DNA of 64,000 nucleotides, taken from positions 1,600,001-1,664,000 of the forward strand of contig OY820579.1 of assembly GCA_963681965.1 (NCBI GenBank), given 5' to 3'. Numbering within the stretch: position 1 is the first letter of the stretch; each line of letters starts with the position of its first letter. This DNA is from a bacterium (GTDB lineage: Bacteria > Electryoneota > JAOADG01). This document shows positions 58,259 to 64,000 of this stretch, in pieces. A model generated the notes under the pieces. It was not told the origin of the DNA. It saw nothing but the letters and a program-made list of their open reading frames with translations, and ran no database searches. The translations under genes and the position numbers were made by a program.

Positions 58259-58918
58259 TTAATTTTCGCTCAGCCGATTGATGTCGCGGTTCTCGTGGAT
58301 GAGTCGACCTTCTCCCGATTTAGCAACGTGAATCATCGCGCGACCGACTTTCTCGGTAGTAGTAACATAATCGGGGAAGAGCATCTTCCAGACCGGATAG
58401 AGCGGTCCCAAGACCGCATACATGAAGCGATACAACAAAGTGCGCGATTTGATGCCGTAGAGCGGTTGGATGAATGCGGGTCGAAAGATATGAACCGATT
58501 TGAATGGAAGTTGCAGTAACGTCTGTTCCGTTATCCGTTTGACCCGTGCCCACATCTGCTTCGGGTTGTCGGCACCCGTGCCGGAGAGAAATATAAACGT
58601 GAGATTCGGATTGAATTTGAGCAACGGTTCAACAATCGTCATCGTCAAATCATGAGTGATTCGATGATACTCCGCTTCACTCATTCCGAATGCTGAAACC
58701 CCGAGGCAAAAAAAACAGGCATCGAATCCAGTCAGTTGCTCTGGATATTCGGGAAGCTGATTGAAGTCGGAAACAATCAACTCAGTGAGTTTGGAGTGAT
58801 TCTGCGAGGTGTGATTTCTGCCCACCGCTAACACCCGATCAATTGCGTTGTCGGATAAACATTCCCGTAAAACTCCCTGTCCGACCATTCCGGTAGCACC
58901 GAAAATCATTACCTGCAC
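58259..58918 (-). CDS. NAD(P)-binding Rossmann protein (YraR/TIP30-like atypical SDR)
   Basis: IFGATGMVG, DACFFCLGVS, MWARVK..TE and FRPAFIQP motifs. Confidence 0.85.
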   Translation of the reverse strand: MQVMIFGATGMVGQGVLRECLSDNAIDRVLAVGRNHTSQNHSKLTELIVSDFNQLPEYPEQLTGFDACFFCLGVSAFGMSEAEYHRITHDLTMTIVEPLLKFNPNLTFIFLSGTGADNPKQMWARVKRITEQTLLQLPFKSVHIFRPAFIQPLYGIKSRTLLYRFMYAVLGPLYPVWKMLFPDYVTTTEKVGRAMIHVAKSGEGRLIHENRDINRLSEN

Positions 58919-58977
58919 GATGTCTCCTTATTGATTTAGATGGTATTCAACTCTACTGGAAGATCGTTCGAATCGAC

Positions 58978-59481
58978 TCAGCGATTGCCACGGGAAACCA
59001 TCAGCTCTAAGTCTTCACGAAGACTTTGGAGATCTTCCTCATGTTCGACTTCCTGTTCAAGTATCGTTAATGCGAGGTTGTAAGTCACCATATCCTTGTC
59101 TTTGGTGGAGTCCATCAGCGCTTTGTAGGCGGAAATGGCACATTGTTCGCCGGCGATATTCTGATCGAGTAAGACTGCGACATAGGGATCGGTAGGGTCG
59201 TCGTAGGCGCAGGGACTCAATTTGAACCAATCCATCGGATTGGTGACCGGAGTTCCACCCAACTGAAGAATCCGGGTCGCTAGCAATGTGGCATGGTTGA
59301 GTTCTTCGGTAGCATGCAACGTCAACTCAGCAATGACGGCGTCTTTCATCGGTCCTTTGATGATCTTGGCACCGATCCAATATTGATAATAGGCAAGCCA
59401 TTCGCTGGCATAGGCTGCATTCAATAGTTTAAGTATTTCATCGACATCCATCCCGATGATTTCGCGTCCTCGAACGCCCAT
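58978..59481 (-). CDS. Ferritin-like / DPS-like (bacterioferritin-related) protein
   Basis: LNAAYASEWLAYYQYW, EE..HA, RI.QLGG.P, EQCAI and E.EHE.DL motifs; GGAGGAG RBS before ATG 59481. Confidence 0.88.
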   Translation of the reverse strand: MGVRGREIIGMDVDEILKLLNAAYASEWLAYYQYWIGAKIIKGPMKDAVIAELTLHATEELNHATLLATRILQLGGTPVTNPMDWFKLSPCAYDDPTDPYVAVLLDQNIAGEQCAISAYKALMDSTKDKDMVTYNLALTILEQEVEHEEDLQSLREDLELMVSRGNR

Positions 59482-59620
59482 AACTCCTCCCGAATTCAGG
59501 TAATTGTTGATCGGAACTATATTATCGCTGTGAAGTGATACGGGCAATAGCGGAGAGTTCGAAGCAAGGGTTTTCAACGACCGTTCTTGTTTCTATATTG
59601 AAATCGAAGAGTAACGTTGT

Positions 59621-60439
59621 ATGAAATCGAAAGTGAGCGAAGTGCCGATACAGATCTTATTTCTTGGCGATGTCGTGGGCGATCCGGGAATTGCGATCGT
59701 GGCAAACTGGTTACCGCAACGGTTGTCTACGCACCAATACGATTTGGTGATTGCCAATGGCGAAAATGCCTCGCACGGTCGGGGAATCACGATCAAGCAG
59801 GTAAAGGAGCTGTTGAAAGCCGGCGTCCAGGTGATTACCGGAGGCAATCATATTTTCGATCGCGAAAAAGTGGTTGATGCTTTCAATGCTTACCCGGAAA
59901 TACTGTTACGACCGGCAAACTATCCCCCCGAAGTGATGGGGAAGGGTTCGACCATCTTTGAAACGACTTCCGGATATAAAATCGGAGTGATCAATTTACA
60001 AGGTCGCGCTTTCATGATTCCGATCGAGAATCCATTCAGTGTTGGCGAAAGCATTATCGGCGAAATGACGAAAATTACTCCGATCATTTTGATCGATTTT
60101 CATGCCGAAGCGACTGCCGAAAAATTGGCTTTTGCTAGATTTATCGATGGTCGAGTCAGCGCGATTATCGGGACTCATACACACGTTCAGACGAATGATG
60201 CCGAAGTCTTGCCGGGTGGAACGGCATATATCTGCGATGTTGGCATGACCGGTTCTCACGGCGGAGTGATCGGAATGGAGACGCAGGCAGCGATCTATCG
60301 AGCCCGGATGGGTGTAGCGCCACCGTCGGCACCGGCAGTTGGCGACGATCGAATCCATGCGGTAGAAATTTCGATCGACGAGACTTCCGGAAAAGCAATT
60401 TCGATTTTACCAATTCGATGGAGCGAGACCCAGCGATGA
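59621..60439 (+). CDS. ymdB: YmdB-like (TIGR00282) metallophosphoesterase
   Basis: LFLGDVVG, IANGENA, T.GNH, LRPANYP, DFHAEATAEK, GTHTHVQT and DVGMTG motifs. Confidence 0.92.
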   Translation: MKSKVSEVPIQILFLGDVVGDPGIAIVANWLPQRLSTHQYDLVIANGENASHGRGITIKQVKELLKAGVQVITGGNHIFDREKVVDAFNAYPEILLRPANYPPEVMGKGSTIFETTSGYKIGVINLQGRAFMIPIENPFSVGESIIGEMTKITPIILIDFHAEATAEKLAFARFIDGRVSAIIGTHTHVQTNDAEVLPGGTAYICDVGMTGSHGGVIGMETQAAIYRARMGVAPPSAPAVGDDRIHAVEISIDETSGKAISILPIRWSETQR

Positions 60440-62007
60440 ATTCAATTCTAATCTGCAACGTTCGGGTTTATCGTCCCGGAGTTCCACTGTCGCGACGTCC
60501 GCGCGCGTTCGAAATTCGACATGGTCGATTCTATCGTTTCTTCGACGAGCCGTATCCGGATGGAGGACATGATCGAATTGATATGCATGAGGCGTACGTC
60601 TACCCCGGATTTTTCGATAGTCATACGCATTTCGTCTGGGGTGGATCCGCACTGGGACCGTTGAATTTCAGTAATGTTTCATCGGTCGACGAGCTACGCG
60701 CTCGAATCGCGAAAGTATGTTACGAAATGGACAGTGATCCGGGGCGTGGGTGGATCGTTGGATTGGGATTGGATCAAAGTGTATTGAATTTGACGCGTGC
60801 CGATCTGGATGAAATCACCGGCGATTATCCCACGATCATTGAAACCAAAGATCTTCATTCGGCGATTGCCAATCGGAAAGCGTTATCAATTGCCGGTTAC
60901 TGGGACAACGTGACCGATCCGGAAGGTGGTCGAGTAGAGCGCGTTGCTACCGGTGAACCGACCGGGTGGTTGCGCGAATTCGCAGTACACGCGATTAAGA
61001 AGCATATCCCCGAAGCAACCACTGTTGAACAACGACGGTGGTTCGAAGCGGCGGCGGAGTATGCTCTGGCAAACGGAGTGGTGGCTGTCGGCGAGAATGC
61101 CGACTGTTCGTTGGCGAAACAATATCACCATTGGGCTGAAGCAAGTGCGTTGCCTCTGCGAATTGATCTCTGGTTGAATGAAGGATGGCCTAACGACCGA
61201 ACTTTGCATTTTCCGAAACATCATTCGGATCGACTGCGAATCGCGACCCAAAAACTCTTTTTAGATGGTTCGATGGGGAGTCAAACGGCATGGTTTCGAG
61301 AACCCTATTGTTCCAATCCAGAATCAAACGGATTTCCATTACATACCGATGAAGAATTGTTTGAAGTGTTAGTTGCCTGCAGCGAACTGGGTTGGGACAG
61401 TGCCATTCACAATATCGGCGATGCCGCCTGCGCACAATTATTGCGGGTTGCCGATCGGCTCGAATTGGAGGGCTACCGCACCAACACGATTTGCGGTGAG
61501 CACTTGCAAGTGATAACCCCCGATGCTGCCGAGCGGATGGCTTCATTAGGAATCACTGCTTCGATGCAACCAATCCATTTGGCGGGAGACCGACGGTGGA
61601 TGGAGGCGCGGATCGGGAAAGATCGGTGTCGATTGGCATTTGCCTTCCGGAGTATCATTGATGCAGGAGTCACTTTGCGATTTGGCAGCGATTGGCCGGT
61701 TGAAAGTCTCAATCCGATCGCTGGACTTCGCACCGCAATTCTTAGAACGGGATATTCCAATGATTTAGGCGAATCATGGTATCCTGAACAAGGCTTAGAC
61801 TTCGATCAAGCTTTAGCCGCATTCACGATCAATCCCCATCTCCGAGCAGGTTGGCGCGAAGCGGGTCGATTAGAACCGGGCAATTCTGCCGATTTTCTCA
61901 TCCTTGAACAGGATTTAGCTTCAATCGACCCCCGAGAGTGGATTGAAGAGATTGTGGTTCAAACTTGGATCGGAGGAGAGTGCCTATTTAATAAGAATAG
62001 CCTCTAA
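60436..62007 (+). CDS. Amidohydrolase 3 family (YtcJ-like)
   Basis: PGFFDSHTH, KLFLDGS.GS.TA, H.IGD, EH.Q, SMQP.H and FGSDWPV motifs; ATGA overlap with ymdB. Confidence 0.9.
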   Translation: MNSILICNVRVYRPGVPLSRRPRAFEIRHGRFYRFFDEPYPDGGHDRIDMHEAYVYPGFFDSHTHFVWGGSALGPLNFSNVSSVDELRARIAKVCYEMDSDPGRGWIVGLGLDQSVLNLTRADLDEITGDYPTIIETKDLHSAIANRKALSIAGYWDNVTDPEGGRVERVATGEPTGWLREFAVHAIKKHIPEATTVEQRRWFEAAAEYALANGVVAVGENADCSLAKQYHHWAEASALPLRIDLWLNEGWPNDRTLHFPKHHSDRLRIATQKLFLDGSMGSQTAWFREPYCSNPESNGFPLHTDEELFEVLVACSELGWDSAIHNIGDAACAQLLRVADRLELEGYRTNTICGEHLQVITPDAAERMASLGITASMQPIHLAGDRRWMEARIGKDRCRLAFAFRSIIDAGVTLRFGSDWPVESLNPIAGLRTAILRTGYSNDLGESWYPEQGLDFDQALAAFTINPHLRAGWREAGRLEPGNSADFLILEQDLASIDPREWIEEIVVQTWIGGECLFNKNSL

Positions 62008-62389
62008 CTCTATCGGAATTTGTTAATTAAAAAAGGTAAGATTTAATCGAAGCGGTCTTTGACTCAGTTTGATAATAAACGTTACTGAAATTCTCATAAG
62101 CAATATGTAAGTTACTATTAAAATTATTTATATTATAAAACATGTTGAATTTTATTAATAAATCAGTCGAATTGTAGCAATATTCAACACTTTTCTACTT
62201 GATTTTCGAGATTACTCGTATTTAATACCACAAAGGTGCTAAATCTCGCAGTACGAGAATTTTCATTTTTTTTTTCGAGTGGTGGATATTTTGAATGGTA
62301 TTTGGTAACTTTGACCGTTTGAAATGGAGTATCAGTATCAGTGTGGGATGCTCGTTGTTATTCTTTACTGACTTCATTCGTTATTCGCA

Positions 62390-62420
62390 GTGCTTCCGCG
62401 GATGCGGTAGCATTTTTTTT
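62390..62420 (+). terminator. Terminator-like hairpin in the 5' leader of the C25 gene
   Basis: GTGCT-T-CCGC-ggat-GCGG-T-AGCA followed by T8, ending 46 nt before ATG 62467. Confidence 0.55.
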
Positions 62421-62466
62421 ATGTCCGGTTCGATCTTCGGGGCGGTAGGTAATTCGGGAGTATAAG

Positions 62467-64000
62467 ATGGGAAACTGGCGTTTGTTTTTGTTAACCGGCT
62501 TGTTGCTGATTTCAGCAGCGATTTATGCACGAGAGTGGACACCCGACGATGATGTCATCGACGGTATTCCAATTGAAGGCGCTGTCAACATTACCTCTCA
62601 GTCGTTTGAAGTGGGTCATCTCAAGATCCATTATTCCGACTTTGCAGTCAAAATGGATGCGCTTGACTATCAGAATCGAAAATGGACTCTAGTCACGATC
62701 GATGGCGAAACACGGTTGTGGGATTACGGTCGACCGGCATTGCCGATGATCTCTCGAACTGTACGATTGCCGAATAAAGGCAATGTTCAAGTGGTCGCAA
62801 CACCGGGTGAGTATGTCGATTTTCCGAATGTGGATGTAATGCCACAGCAACTCACCGATCTGAAGCAAGTCGGCAATCATCTTGAACCGCTTTCGTATAA
62901 GTTCGATCAAGAGACATATAATAAGGACTGCTGGTATCCCGAAAATCCAGTACAATTGTCTACACCACAGATTATGCGCGATGCGCGCGCAACAGCGCTG
63001 ATGCTGTGTCCGGTGCAGTACAATCCGGTTACTCGCGTTCTTCGCGTGTACCGCTCTTACGACGTCGAGACGATACCTACCGGTGGCGTCGGTGAAAATG
63101 AATTGGAATTAACGCGATCCCATGCCGTACCAAGTTATGCCGGGATCTACAGCGATATTATCGGTGCCGACGAGCTGACAACCGAAGCGTTGGCAGCACC
63201 TCCCGGCAAGATCATGTTGGTCTGTCGCAGTGCTAGCCAAGCGGCGTGTCAAGCATTTGCCGATTGGAAAACGCAATCGGGACATCCCACGCAATTATAT
63301 GTGACTGCAACGACAGTTGCCGACACAATTCGTGCCGCAGTATTGAATGCATACAATACTTGGAATCCACCATTGGAAACGGTCTTGTTGATGGGGGATG
63401 GAGCAGGCGATTTTTCGATTCCGACCTATTCCTTTAGTTATGTCTATTCCGATCACAATTTCGGATGTCTCGGAACAAGTGTTGTTGCAACGATTTGGAC
63501 CGGTCGTTTACATGCCGACAATGCACAAGAATTGCAAATCCAGATCAACAAATCGGTGAATTACGAACGAAATCCACCGATGGGAACCGCTTCAGTGCCT
63601 GATACCACTTGGTTTACTTACGGTTGGGGTTATGCGGGCACTTCTATGAACATCGTATCAAATCCTCCGAACATTCAGTATTGTCTTGAGATGATGCGAA
63701 GCCGCGGGGTTCGGAATACTGTATTCGATACTCACAATGGACACGTCGATGCCAGTTTAATCAATACCCGACTGAATAACGGTGCAATTTTCTGGGCACA
63801 TCGTGCCGGATGGATTGGAGAAATAAACCAATCCGATGTAACTGGAATGAACAATATCAACAAACCGTTTGTGGGCTTTAACATTACCTGCTCTTCAGGC
63901 GATTGGTTTGGAACATCGGCTTCTGGCATTCATGTTGCATTAACGAAGATGGGTACGACAACCCAAGGTAAAGGGGCACTGGCAGCCGTTTCGACGCAAA
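62467..64000 (+). CDS. C25 (gingipain-family) peptidase-like protein with C25 propeptide, truncated by the window end
   Basis: Not in the ORF track. Manual translation: signal MGNWRLFLLTGLLLISAAIYA; propeptide G.PALP...YP..PV...P.IMRD...PVQYNPV...LRVY; C25 region F..WK...G, LMGDG, SDH.F, GRL and NITCSSGDW. Confidence 0.8.
   Translation, partial: MGNWRLFLLTGLLLISAAIYAREWTPDDDVIDGIPIEGAVNITSQSFEVGHLKIHYSDFAVKMDALDYQNRKWTLVTIDGETRLWDYGRPALPMISRTVRLPNKGNVQVVATPGEYVDFPNVDVMPQQLTDLKQVGNHLEPLSYKFDQETYNKDCWYPENPVQLSTPQIMRDARATALMLCPVQYNPVTRVLRVYRSYDVETIPTGGVGENELELTRSHAVPSYAGIYSDIIGADELTTEALAAPPGKIMLVCRSASQAACQAFADWKTQSGHPTQLYVTATTVADTIRAAVLNAYNTWNPPLETVLLMGDGAGDFSIPTYSFSYVYSDHNFGCLGTSVVATIWTGRLHADNAQELQIQINKSVNYERNPPMGTASVPDTTWFTYGWGYAGTSMNIVSNPPNIQYCLEMMRSRGVRNTVFDTHNGHVDASLINTRLNNGAIFWAHRAGWIGEINQSDVTGMNNINKPFVGFNITCSSGDWFGTSASGIHVALTKMGTTTQGKGALAAVSTQ

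Overview
Bacterial chromosomal window. T9SS-type C-terminal domains, a C25 gingipain-like gene and large Fn3/LTD/SBBP surface proteins suggest an FCB-superphylum-like lineage (inference only). From left to right: a truncated DUF1569-like gene; rpsA; a 15.6-kb supercluster with all seven shikimate-pathway enzymes plus the classical menaquinone pathway (menFDHBACE, divergent menG), ending in an AroQ::DHNA-CoA-thioesterase fusion; a threonine dehydrogenase; a 1947-aa secreted SBBP protein; rluD; a variable region holding a 103-bp REP-doublet tandem array and an AT-rich ParB-like + Mrr-type nuclease cassette (candidate defence system); envelope genes (degP, Fn3/LVIVD lipoprotein, S8 protease, DUF1573-thioredoxin-CcdA fusion, DUF318 permease); a single-chain fungal-type homoaconitase; an orphan E1-alpha; a lamin-tail-domain surface protein; a pseudokinase-like lipoprotein; six tRNAs; infC(probable GTT start)-rpmI-rplT-[HEPN-like insert]-pheS-pheT-zapB-like-zapA-6S RNA; an OM protein, an NAD(P)-binding protein, a ferritin/DPS-like gene, ymdB, an amidohydrolase; and a truncated C25 peptidase. 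All family calls come from motif recognition by eye; no database searches were run.
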